Positions 51,948-64,000 of a stretch of DNA of 64,000 bases are shown piece by piece (the stretch's first letter is position 1; every line of letters starts with the position of its first letter). Below the pieces are notes generated by a model. The model was not told where the DNA came from. It saw only the letters and a program-made list of their open reading frames with translations, and made no database searches. Location: the NCBI GenBank assembly GCA_025603075.1, contig MU626259.1, positions 62,001 through 126,000 of the forward strand, in the 5' to 3' direction. This stretch comes from Neoconidiobolus thromboides FSU 785 (Eukaryota > Fungi > Entomophthoromycota). The position numbers and the translations under genes are program-made.

Positions 51948-52129
51948 TTTCTATTCCCAAATTTTAAATTGAATTGTATATGAAGCTTGATGTCCTCGGT
52001 TTTAATGCCCTTTTTCTCATTTATTTATTCCTATTCCTGCTATCGCGGTGTCTATGTTTTCATTTGCTACTATATTTATTTATGTTCTAGAAAGCACTTG
52101 TTTTATGGAAATAAATTTTTTTAATAACT

Positions 52130-52232
52130 ATATGGGAATGAATTTTTGTTTGAATTTCACTAACAATCTTTCCACTCAAATAGCGCTTAAAAGATGGAAA
52201 AAGTAATGAAGCCAAAAAAAACACCCCTATAT
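52130..52232 (+). mobile_element. MITE-A copy
   Basis: Match to the consensus. Confidence 0.85.
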
Positions 52233-52733
52233 ATAAAATTTCTTTTATTTTTTTTGATACTATTTGGTTCAATTCCTTGAGTAAGAAAGTAACTAATCAA
52301 TCTAACTTCTTTCAATACATATGACTTTATATTGATCACTAATGACTTTTGATACAGACACTAATCACTTCTTTAATGAATTCAATAAATAATTGAGTTT
52401 TTCAAAAAATATATTTTTAGTTAATTATAGCTTCATTTCGATATTGAAGTCTAGGCTTTAATGTATTACTTTTTTAAATATAGTCACCTGTAAAAAACAA
52501 GGTAAGTTATAATAATTTATCACATCTAATACATAAACTATAAAATTTTAATACATTTTGACTGAAACTTATTATTTACAGAAATATTAGTATTCTCAAA
52601 AATCGGAAATAACTTTTAAATGAATATTCTATTTTAAAGTATGAAATATCTAAAATTTTATTATAGTATTTTCATCAAGGGTAGCTGATATTATGTAAGA
52701 TAGCACAAATTTAAAATTGTATAGCAAAGATCC

Positions 52734-53090
52734 TTAAAAACTAATAAGTGTAGTACTATTATAGATCAGTGTTTCTAATATATATATAGTAATACAAATT
52801 GAATTTAAGAAACTCAACTGCTCCAGGTGTGTTAGATTGCTTGATAACAATAAAAAATAATTTGAAATGAGGATAGGATAAATATTAAATGTTATTGTGA
52901 AATCAAAGTAAAACAACAAAATAGTATCACAAGACTTGTTTTCGAATTTAGAAAAATTTGTTGATTTAAAAACCTGATTAAAATAGCAATAACTTTTCCA
53001 GTTTGATTTAGACTTAAACTTGCAAAATTTCAAGATCACTTTCAATTTATGCAAAAATAATGGCTACTTTATTAGCATTTATCATCTCAT
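52734..53090 (-). pseudogene. Possible decayed F-box/LRR fragment
   Basis: NLTHLEQLSFLN is LRR-like; frames broken. Confidence 0.2.
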
Positions 53091-53719
53091 AGTTTTTTAT
53101 ATTGAGCCAAGGGTGGGAAGTTGAACTTTGAATAAAAGCAGCTTATTCAAGTTTTATTAAGAATGGTTGTGACTACTATTAACATAATTCCAGTTTTCTA
53201 TATTTTCAGTATACATTACTTTATTGGCTTGTTTTATTAGTAAAAAAAACTTAGTATAATAAATCCGATTAAAAGGATGTTTATTAAAAAGGTATGATTC
53301 TATATGTAATTGATTAATCATAGAAAATTTCTAACTTATTCAAGATATATTATATTGTAACGTGGAACTTTTCATCAATAACTAAAATCCAGATTGCATT
53401 GTTTTCTAAAAGGAACTTCTAAATCAGTATTATTGAAGTTTATGATATAATATACTCATTGATATAATTTAAATAAGCTACATTTATCAGCTTGTCATAA
53501 TTTTTAAATTTAATTATGACAAGCTGAAAAAGGTTTAGAAACTACATGTGTTTCGAATTAAAAAAAACTTGGCATGATATTAGAATAATTCATTACAATA
53601 CAAAATTTAATTATTTATAAACTGCTCAAATAAAATGCTACTTTACAAATGAATAAAATAGCCAAAATACACCTAGACAGAAAAAACAGCACCATGAACG
53701 CGGGCAAATTATATACAAT

Positions 53720-54202
53720 TTAGGAATCAATAGAATGTAGTGAACTAAGTGAGGGAGTATCACAGGCTATATTATCGAAATCTCTGTTAACTAGATATGG
53801 TTTCACGGGTAGCACTCGTACTAGATCAAATGAAAAGTCGATATTTTGATTTAAATTTTCTAGTGCTATCAAAAATAATTCTCCCATTCTAACTTTTTCA
53901 ATCACTTTCTTGTTATAATAATATTCAAATGTTTTATAGCATCCCCAGATTAAAGCAAAGTAAGCTTTTAACTTGGCTAAATAATCTGCTTGACCTAAAT
54001 CGTAGACTTCATCGTTAACATGCTCTGCCTTCATCTCTATAATAAACCTCTTCTGCTCAATTAATGAATTTTTTAGCCTCTTCAATGATTTATTTATGTT
54101 GAACTTTTGATACAATGTAAATATATCGCATCTGTCTAAAACTAAATCAATAATATTTTGTATTTTTTCAAGTGTCTCGTAGCAACTATAATTATCATTC
54201 AT
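53720..54202 (-). CDS. Helical-bundle orphan family, paralogue 5
   Basis: LEKIQNIIDL, SLIEQKRFII, DEVYDL, IWGCYK, RVLPVKPY shared with 34086-34547. Confidence 0.8.
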   Translation of the reverse strand: MNDNYSCYETLEKIQNIIDLVLDRCDIFTLYQKFNINKSLKRLKNSLIEQKRFIIEMKAEHVNDEVYDLGQADYLAKLKAYFALIWGCYKTFEYYYNKKVIEKVRMGELFLIALENLNQNIDFSFDLVRVLPVKPYLVNRDFDNIACDTPSLSSLHSIDS

Positions 54203-55779
54203 TTAACTATTGATTCATAATCAATGTCACTTTCCTGATATTTATATAATTTTCCTCCCACCTTATTTTCTTTTATTGTATATGAATAATATAAACCTTA
54301 ACTTATTCCTTATATTGAAAAATATATTTAGCGATTCACAAATTGCTCCAATTAATTAATATTAATTTTATTTTTTGAAGCTTATAATTGGAATTGACAT
54401 TAAATTAATTATTATTTTAATCATTCCTATATCATTTTACCCATTTTCTCCGTATTTTATTAAGGATCTCCACATATATCACCTACTATTGCATATATTT
54501 ATAACAAGATAAGCCGTCTATGTATTTCTTATGACTTTAGCTTACCATACTGCAAAGGTAGGCACAATTAATAAACAACAAAGTGTTCGAATTTAACATT
54601 TATAAGCAATGGATGGTATATTTCAGTCATATATTACATTCTACCATCTGCTCAAATGATAATATTTATTTCATTATTTATTTTCCCTATCACTTATTTT
54701 AAAATTTTTAGATTATATTGGTAATTTACGTATTAAAGCAGGTTTTTTTCTTTAACTAAATTTTCAATGGAAATTCCCAAATAAGGCTTCTTAATGTATT
54801 ATAGTAAAGTCATTAAAACTTATAAAAGGTATTGTTAGTAACTTTTAAAATTTAAATTTCTATAATCCTGAATGGTTGTTATATTATAAATCAAGTGCCA
54901 AATAAACTTTTTGTAATCTACTCTTACATACTTAAACGCCTTTTTTGCGTTTTTATAAAGCTTTAAAGAGATTTAAAATGAACATGTAGGTTAGATATGA
55001 CAATCGGGAATTGCAAGGAAGCACAGTTTCTTCGATTTCGCAATTTTAAGAGTAGCCAAGTTTTATTCAAACTGATATCAGAATTCGTTTCAAATCCATA
55101 ACCTACCCAATACTAATGATACAAGTCACCACAATTTGATTCAAGAGTTCTTGAAATTTATATAACTATCTCTTCAATGTTTTGCGGATTTTTAAAGGCC
55201 AGTATACCAAAAGAATCATTGGCTTAAATATTCTCAAAAATTAATGTAAAGAATATTAGTTTGAAATATAAGAACATTGAAGAGAAAAAATGGATGGTTT
55301 AACAATTTATATCCTACAGCGAATAGATATGCTAAAGCTCTGTTTAAAAATATTGAACTAGACATAATACCATATCAAATGAATGAACAAAGCCTAAAAT
55401 TCATTAAGATATACAGATAACTACTAGAACTAAAATTAAATAATTAAATAAGAACTAAAAGATCATTATTAGTAGAACTGAATAGTCGTTTGAGGACTTT
55501 ATTTAATTTATTTATGATGTTACTTTAATTTTTATATTAAATTAAAAAAGTAAAGAATAAAGTTAAAGCCTTTATATTAATTTGTACACCATATTCTAAA
55601 AATAAAACATGTTATAAAATAGACAGATCATTTTTGAAAACCATATTGATATGAATCTCGCTTACTAATGTTATCTCAATGTTTTACTTAATTGTATTTC
55701 CCTTTTTAAAAAAGGTTAAATATAATAACATCTACAAAGCATAACAACCTTACCAATTAGTTTGTAAAGAGTACTGCTG

Positions 55780-56030
55780 TCTTATACCAAATATCATATT
55801 TGTTTGAATATTTAACAATAAGTTATAATTAACTTCAGTGCTATAAATAGTATTAATATTTGATGCATCAATTGCACTAGGCCAACATGATTATAGATTT
55901 TCTTCTAAATTACCAATATTCAAATTGAATTTTGAATAAAAAGTAACTTTTGGTTGATTTATTTGTTCATCCTTTGCACTATATTAGAATAATGCTACTA
56001 AAACAATAAAAACATATTTATTTTAAACAT
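55780..56030 (-). pseudogene. Possible decayed small secreted-protein gene
   Basis: Signal-like YVFIVLVALF*YSAK then a protein-like frame with TAA stops; needs a frameshift near the ATG. Confidence 0.25.
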
Positions 56031-56084
56031 TAAAATAGTTTATATCTTATTTACTTGATAGAAAAGCATCTAAGTTAAAAAGAT

Positions 56085-56157
56085 GCCTGATTAGCTCAGT
56101 CGGTAGAGCATGAGACTTTTAATCTCAGGGTCATGGGTTCGAGCCCCATATTAGGCT
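56085..56157 (+). tRNA. tRNA-Lys(TTT)
   Basis: 73-nt cloverleaf GCCTGAT...CTTTTAA...GTTCGAGC...ATTAGGC. Confidence 0.95.
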
Positions 56158-56533
56158 TCAAACTAGTATCAACAGATATTTTAGTACCCTTATTCTAAGG
56201 AAATAAGGTTTTGAATCGTTTTTTACTTGGGATCAGATTCTGGAGTAATGGAGTTATTAGACTATTTAATATTGAAGAAATGAATTAGTTTGATAGATGA
56301 GTATGTTTTCAAGGAATTTTATAGGATTCATTTTCAAATTTTGTGTAGTCTGAAAATAAACAAAATATTGAAGCGAATTAGAGCATTCTATAAATTAATC
56401 TCTAATTATATATTAACCAATAAAACACTTAATTTTTAAGTTAAAGAATAAAAAAAATAAAACCAAAAGTAACAACTCTTTAACTATCCACCGATAACAA
56501 CAGATCCTCATAGACAAAGATAGAAGTAACGCT

Positions 56534-58058
<1,525 letters not shown>

Positions 58059-59216
58059 GTTGAGTATAGGTCATAATAAGAGTAGATTATAGAATAAGTT
58101 GGTAAAATAGTCCTTTTTTAAGCGTGAATCTAAATAAAGTTTTCTAAAAAAGGATTGAAAGATAAGATAATGAAATGTTTTCATTGATTTTTTATTATTA
58201 GTAACAAATTTAATAAGATTTTATTATATTATTATTATATTGATTTTTTAAAGATATTTTAATCAATTTTTTAAAATATTTTTTAATCATAAACCTAAAT
58301 AAACTTTCAAGAAGGATTTTTTAATCCTATTAAATAAGGTTTTTTTATTTCAAGTTAAAATTAATATATTGAGTTACCGAATTATACCAGAATAATGATA
58401 TTAAAATAATACTTTCAAAAAAAAGAAATAAAACATTTAATGCTAAACTATATTATTGATATTATTAATAGCTTATTTTATTTAATACTCCTTTAACTAT
58501 TTTAAAAGTATTGAACCATAACGACAATTGCATCTCAGTAGCATATACTTAGTTAAAAATTAAGGATACACTAAAGTTATCTATACTTCAAACCCTTTTT
58601 TTATTAACTTATATCTCCTTTTTAAATTACTAAATTTCTTGGGAAATTCGGATTTAGGATGTTTGAAGTTAATACTGAAGTTAATACTGAATATAGAAAT
58701 AAATTGCGCTACTATTTAATAGTAATAAAATTGCGCTTGTTATTTAATATCAATTTTTTATTAAAACAGATTCAATAAATACTAGTTTTAAATGGAATAA
58801 TATAAAATAATAATCATTGACTTAATTTTAATATTTCAAGGACTTTGAGGACCCAAAATTTGTAAAATTAGGTACTTTTTAATCACGACGCTTAATTTTA
58901 TAAATATTTTTAAAAGAATAAATACTAATTAATTTTGGTGGGGTAGTTGCTAAAGAATGGGTTAAAATTTTTTTTATAAAAAGGGATTTTGAGTGAGGTA
59001 TCTAATATTAATACCAAGGTACTAATAAGAATAAAAACATTTAAATAAATTTGACATTAGGTATAAAAAAAGGTATATAAACTTCCAATTTACACCCAAC
59101 AATTATTAAAAAATCATTTACATTTCTTTTTTTTTCTGTGAAAAAAAATTGCTATTGCTATTGATTATTATTGCTTTTAGATAACTACCACTAAATAATT
59201 ATTTTCTATTAAAAAT

Positions 59217-60209
59217 ATGCGTTTCATCATTCCATTTATTACTCTATTTGCGCTTATCTCTGCCCAAGATAATGATGAACCTAGTAGTCGAATCATTGGT
59301 GGCAGTGTAGCCCAAAGAGGAAAATATAATTATATGGTTCATATTATTATCAATAACAGTAACATGTGTGGTGGTTCTTTAATTGCAAAAGATACGGTAC
59401 TTACGGCTGCTCATTGTATTGCAGGAAACAATCCAGGCTCTTATAACGTACGTGGCAACATTCATAACATTCGTAGTGAGCGTGGAGAACAATTGAGAGT
59501 AACTCAAGTAATTACTCATCCTCAATTTAATCGTCAAAATTTGGATAATGACATTGCTATTTTAAAAATTAATCCAAGTCATAATATTAATTCCTTTTTA
59601 ACTCTTGATACCAATAACTCAGCCCAAATCAATAATCAAGTATTAGTCACTGGTTGGGGACGTACTCAATCTTTTGGACAAAGTAGTGATGTATTAAAAG
59701 AATTAAATATGAAAGTATTAGATCCTCAAGTATGTTCTCGTAATGTAGCGCCTTTAAATGAAAGAACTCATTTCTGTGCCACTGGTGTACAAAATGGTTC
59801 TTCTGCTTGTCAAGGTGATTCTGGTTCCCCTGTAGTTAGTAGTGATTTAAGAACTATTGTCGGTTTGGTTTCTTATGGTACTGAAGGTTGTAATGCTCCT
59901 TCTGCTGCTTTCACTAGAATTTCGAATTTTGCTTCTTGGATTCGCCAATATTCTAGTGGATCTGGTAACCCAGGACAAGGACAAGGTAATCCAGGACAAG
60001 GACAAGGTAACCCAGGACAAGGACAAGGTAACCCAGGCATTCCAAGTGATAATAGCTATCCAAAAGGCTCATGTACTCAACCTGGAGAAACGATTTGCTT
60101 TAGTCCCCAAAAAGTAGGTGTTTGTGCTAATACTCAATTTGCTTATCCATATGATTGTCCACCAGGTACAACTTGTAAACAAAGTAATGGTAGATCTTAT
60201 TGTCAATAA
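59217..60209 (+). CDS. Secreted S1 (chymotrypsin-clan) serine protease with a Gly/Gln linker and a CBM19-like six-Cys tail
   Basis: Signal peptide, R|IIGG, TAAHC, DNDIA, GDSGSP; tail C..PGETIC..VGVC...CPPGTTC...C. Confidence 0.92.
   Translation: MRFIIPFITLFALISAQDNDEPSSRIIGGSVAQRGKYNYMVHIIINNSNMCGGSLIAKDTVLTAAHCIAGNNPGSYNVRGNIHNIRSERGEQLRVTQVITHPQFNRQNLDNDIAILKINPSHNINSFLTLDTNNSAQINNQVLVTGWGRTQSFGQSSDVLKELNMKVLDPQVCSRNVAPLNERTHFCATGVQNGSSACQGDSGSPVVSSDLRTIVGLVSYGTEGCNAPSAAFTRISNFASWIRQYSSGSGNPGQGQGNPGQGQGNPGQGQGNPGIPSDNSYPKGSCTQPGETICFSPQKVGVCANTQFAYPYDCPPGTTCKQSNGRSYCQ
59964..60037 (+). repeat. 21-bp coding tandem repeat x3.5 (GNPGQGQ)
   Basis: GGTAA(C/T)CCAGGACAAGGACAA units. Confidence 0.9.
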
Positions 60210-61294
60210 ATAGTACTGAAGTGGTATTGATTTCAATATTTATAATCTTTTTTTATTGATATTGTATATTATTATTTTTATGTAAAACATGAGTTTTGAA
60301 GGTATATAACAGTAAAATCCATAAACTCGATTTTTAGTTTCGATTAAAAGTCATTATTAGGTCCTTAATTAAAGTAATATAAATAAGAATAACCAATGCA
60401 GTAAAAAAGACTAGTATTTTATTAAAATTAAATTCATTTTCCTACCCAATCTCTGGTTTATATATTAATTGGAGTAACGTCACCAAATATCATTGATATT
60501 GAAAATTAATCCATTACTTAAGCAACATTGAAATTTTAGTAGAGTTCATACTGATTGGGATTGGTAAAAGTTAAATGTAATGATTTCTTATCTATTTGCT
60601 ATAAAAGAAAGGTACAAATATAAAACTAAAATCTCAATTTAATATTATATTATAATATAGAAAAATATTAAGTAAAATTTCATTCTTTAAAGTTTTAACT
60701 GTAACATTAATTTTTATTATTTAATATCTAGTATTTATCTATTTTAATTTCTTTTTTAAGAATCAGCTGTGAGCTTGAATTCTTAAAAATTTAAAAATAT
60801 CAATCTCCACACGTTAAATACTAGTTTTTATTTTTATTGTAACAATGTGATTTTAAATTTTATTCAATATTTTTAATACCTTTGATCTATATATAACTTG
60901 GTATCATGTAAGCACTATTTTAATAGAAATCAGTTAATAAAAATAGATATATCATAAAGAAACTCCATAAACCCACAGGTTCGTAATATTATAGATGATA
61001 AGGTTAATTAAAATTGGTACAGCTAATAAATGAATAAAAACTATGTTCTTATTCATTTGGATTTGTGATTAATCTATTGAATTCATTAGCCTAAGATTTG
61101 ATATAAAATAAATTTAGTAACTTTTATTAAAAAAACTCAATATTTCTTACCTGATAGCCAAGAAATTCATTAACTTGTTTACTACATTTATAATAAAGAA
61201 CAAATGTTATAAAAGATAATTCACAAATAATGAACATTATAATAAGTATATAAATCCATGGCAAAGTAATTTTATAGAATTAAAATTCTTCAAA

Positions 61295-61855
61295 ATGAAT
61301 TATACAGAATATGATAGTTACAAGCTAATCGAAAATTTATACAATCAAGGTTATGAGATGAATAACAATCTGAAGTCTAAGTTTCAACTACACTTCAATA
61401 CACCAAAGGAATATAAATCATTAAATGATACAATTCAATCTCAAAATAAATATTTATCAAGATTAAAAGAGAAATATGAGTATGAATCTATTTATGATTT
61501 AAAACATTCTAATTTAATAATAAAACTAAAAGATCAATTAAGTTTATTAAAAGTGATTCATCAGTATATTATCCATTATAACCACCTTTCATTATTTAAA
61601 AAAATCAAGTTTTTATCTCAGTTTAAATTAGTATTGAGGAAACTGTCTTTAAAAGTAATGAATGGGCTAAATAATCTTAAATTATTACCACTTAAACAAA
61701 TTGTCAATAGTGAAAATACTGCGGGTATTAAGTGTAACGATAAATGTAATATAGAACCCTCCATTCTATTTGAAATGTCCTTTGAAACAGATTGTTTATC
61801 ATTAAATGAGCCTCATGTTCATCATTTTTCAACTAATCCTTTTCTAACGGAATAA
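61295..61855 (+). CDS. Helical-bundle orphan family, paralogue 6
   Basis: ESIYDL...LKDQLSLL...LKLLPLK; EPSILFEMSF. Confidence 0.75.
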   Translation: MNYTEYDSYKLIENLYNQGYEMNNNLKSKFQLHFNTPKEYKSLNDTIQSQNKYLSRLKEKYEYESIYDLKHSNLIIKLKDQLSLLKVIHQYIIHYNHLSLFKKIKFLSQFKLVLRKLSLKVMNGLNNLKLLPLKQIVNSENTAGIKCNDKCNIEPSILFEMSFETDCLSLNEPHVHHFSTNPFLTE

Positions 61856-62205
61856 TCAAATATTTCTTTACATTCCTCTCTCTTTATTGTTAATTATTTA
61901 ATAAAAATTTAAACTTATAACTGTATCTTCCTTAATCCTATCTCCTATCTCCTATCTATTAATTACTTGGCTTTTGGATTTATTTTAAAAAATTAATCAA
62001 AATCTATGGTGCTTAGTTGAAGAAATGATTTTATTAAACATATATGTTTGTTTTATTATTAACTTTTACTTTTTGTCATTGAATTTATTGTTCTTAATGA
62101 AATAATAAATCTTTAATAAATCGAACTTTGATTATTTAAAAATAAATCTACACCATAATTTATTGATATCTAAAAGTGACTTAAGAATTCCGAGAAAATA
62201 ATAGT

Positions 62206-62312
62206 ATATGGGGATGTATTTTTGTGTTTAAGAATTTTACTAACAAATTTTCCGCTTAAATAGCGCTTAAAAAATGGAAAAAGTAATGAAGTCAAAAAAA
62301 ACACTCCCATAT
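62206..62312 (+). mobile_element. MITE-A copy
   Basis: ATATGGGGATGT...CTCCCATAT. Confidence 0.9.
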
Positions 62313-63182
62313 GTTATTTATGTCAAAATAGTAACTAAATCATATACCTAAATAATTCTTGAATGTATAAAAGGTAGTCATAATATATAAAAGTTATATA
62401 GTATATAATAATAGTTATATATGTATGCCTTTATATTAGTATAAACCTATATTAAATATTATAAATCCTATTATAATAAATCACAAGTGATATCATAAAA
62501 CATTAAAATACTCACTTTATAAAAATAGAAAAGTACAATACTGGAATGCATAATATCTAAAATACAAGTTGTGTATAAATAGATCTATCCGAATTATCAA
62601 TACCAGTTTAAGCAGTTTTTATATATGTGGAAATAAGTGGTAATAAGTCTAAAATGAAATTCAAAATTTTTATTTATAAAACTTAATATAATTAAAAATA
62701 TAATAAAAAAGAATCTATCCAGCCTGAATAATTAATTGATCATGTACCAGCTTTAGTATTTGTTACAACAAAAACTGTGTAATATTCAAATATAAGATAT
62801 GAATATCTTTTTTCACTTCACTACTTCATTTTTTCTGCAATATAAAAATTTTGAAATACTAATCGAACATCGAAACAGAAACATGTTATCATGTCTTGAG
62901 TTTTATATGAAGCAGTAACGATATAGTAGTAAAATAGTATCCAAATGGAATTGAATTACAATGAACTTACAAAAAAAAGACTCATATTGGGAACAAAAGT
63001 GAAATAATCAATGTAATGTTATAATTAATAAACTCAACAGCTTAAACGACAATTTTTTATCAAAATGATTTGATTTTAGCCAAGATTTATAATTAATTAA
63101 AAAAGCTTGAATTTTGTTCTAGAAAAAAATATATATAAATAAAAGAAAAGAAAAAAGTATATAATTATACAATATTCAAAAC

Positions 63183-63800
63183 ATGATATCAATATTTTAC
63201 AAGAAAAACGGAACCTTTGAGCTATTACAGAAACTTGAAACTAAAATTCAATATATGAAATCGGATATTGAAAACAATAAGCTTAATAGTGGGATAGGCA
63301 AAGTGAGTACTGGTCTAAATGAAATAATAAATTTGTTAAAAGTACATGAAATCAAAGTAATTCAAATGAAAAAAAAATGTGAATTTAAAAGCAAATATGA
63401 TCTATACAAAAAAGAATATTTATTTCAGTTAAGATATCATCTTTCTCTACTATTAGGATTGCAACAGCTATTGATTTGTTACATAGAAAAGGATATATTA
63501 TCAAGATTGAAATTTCAAAAAGAATTTATTACTGGTGTTCACTTTTTAAAATTTAAGCTAATAGCTTCTTGGCATATTTGTAAAGCCCTTCCGTTGAAAG
63601 AAAAACTTAGTGAGGTTGATGAAAATAAATTCAACGATGATAATGTTGACTTAGTATTCGCCAATAAGGGTGATGAAGATGAAATAAAAGTGATGTTTGA
63701 ACCATCTATTATATTTGATCTCTCATTCTCTCCTATTGAAGAAACTAAAAGAAGTAAACGTTATGCTTCTATCTTCGAAAAAGATAGTATAATGTTATAA
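63183..63800 (+). CDS. Helical-bundle orphan family, paralogue 7
   Basis: KSKYDL.KKEYL..LRYHLSLL...KALPLK; EPSIIFDLSF. Confidence 0.75.
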   Translation: MISIFYKKNGTFELLQKLETKIQYMKSDIENNKLNSGIGKVSTGLNEIINLLKVHEIKVIQMKKKCEFKSKYDLYKKEYLFQLRYHLSLLLGLQQLLICYIEKDILSRLKFQKEFITGVHFLKFKLIASWHICKALPLKEKLSEVDENKFNDDNVDLVFANKGDEDEIKVMFEPSIIFDLSFSPIEETKRSKRYASIFEKDSIML

Positions 63801-64000
63801 CCTCTCGGATTATTTCTTTCCTTAACCCATTATTCATCTCAATCATTATTTATTTTTAAAAGATTAATGCTACTTATATAGTTATTTTTATTTTATAGGC
63901 ATAATAGTAATAAAGATCAACTATAAACAAAAATAAAATGCACCCTCTTGTATTGTAATATTTAATTAAACTCCTTTTGTTATCTTATTAAAATTTGATA

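Overview
Very AT-rich eukaryotic (fungal) genomic DNA with short GT-AG introns. The gene mix (intronless 7-TM receptor, F-box/LRR relics, secreted S1 protease with a chitin-binding-like tail) suggests an early-diverging, probably entomophthoralean (Conidiobolus-like) fungus; this assignment is inference. Conserved genes: THR1 (3' part), cullin-1, cyclin K/T-like, NDUFA9, MCM-binding protein, an SDR, a SPRY protein, kinesin-8, ERG10, a quadruple-CX9C Mix14-like protein and QTRT2. There are seven tRNA genes (Phe, Ile x2, Asn x2, Pro, Lys). Accessory DNA between them holds 26 copies of one ~105-bp MITE, three other inverted-repeat elements and several nonsense-riddled pseudogenes. It also holds three lineage-specific gene sets: seven dispersed intronless helical-bundle paralogues (34-64 kb), three tandem secreted precursors with amphipathic C-terminal helices and a shared promoter module (40-43.6 kb), and an orphan with a C-terminal F-box beside its pseudogene twin (20-22 kb). 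A hairpin-dense, more GC-rich island at 29.1-29.6 kb is unexplained. All translations, alignments and folds were done by eye and no database search was run.
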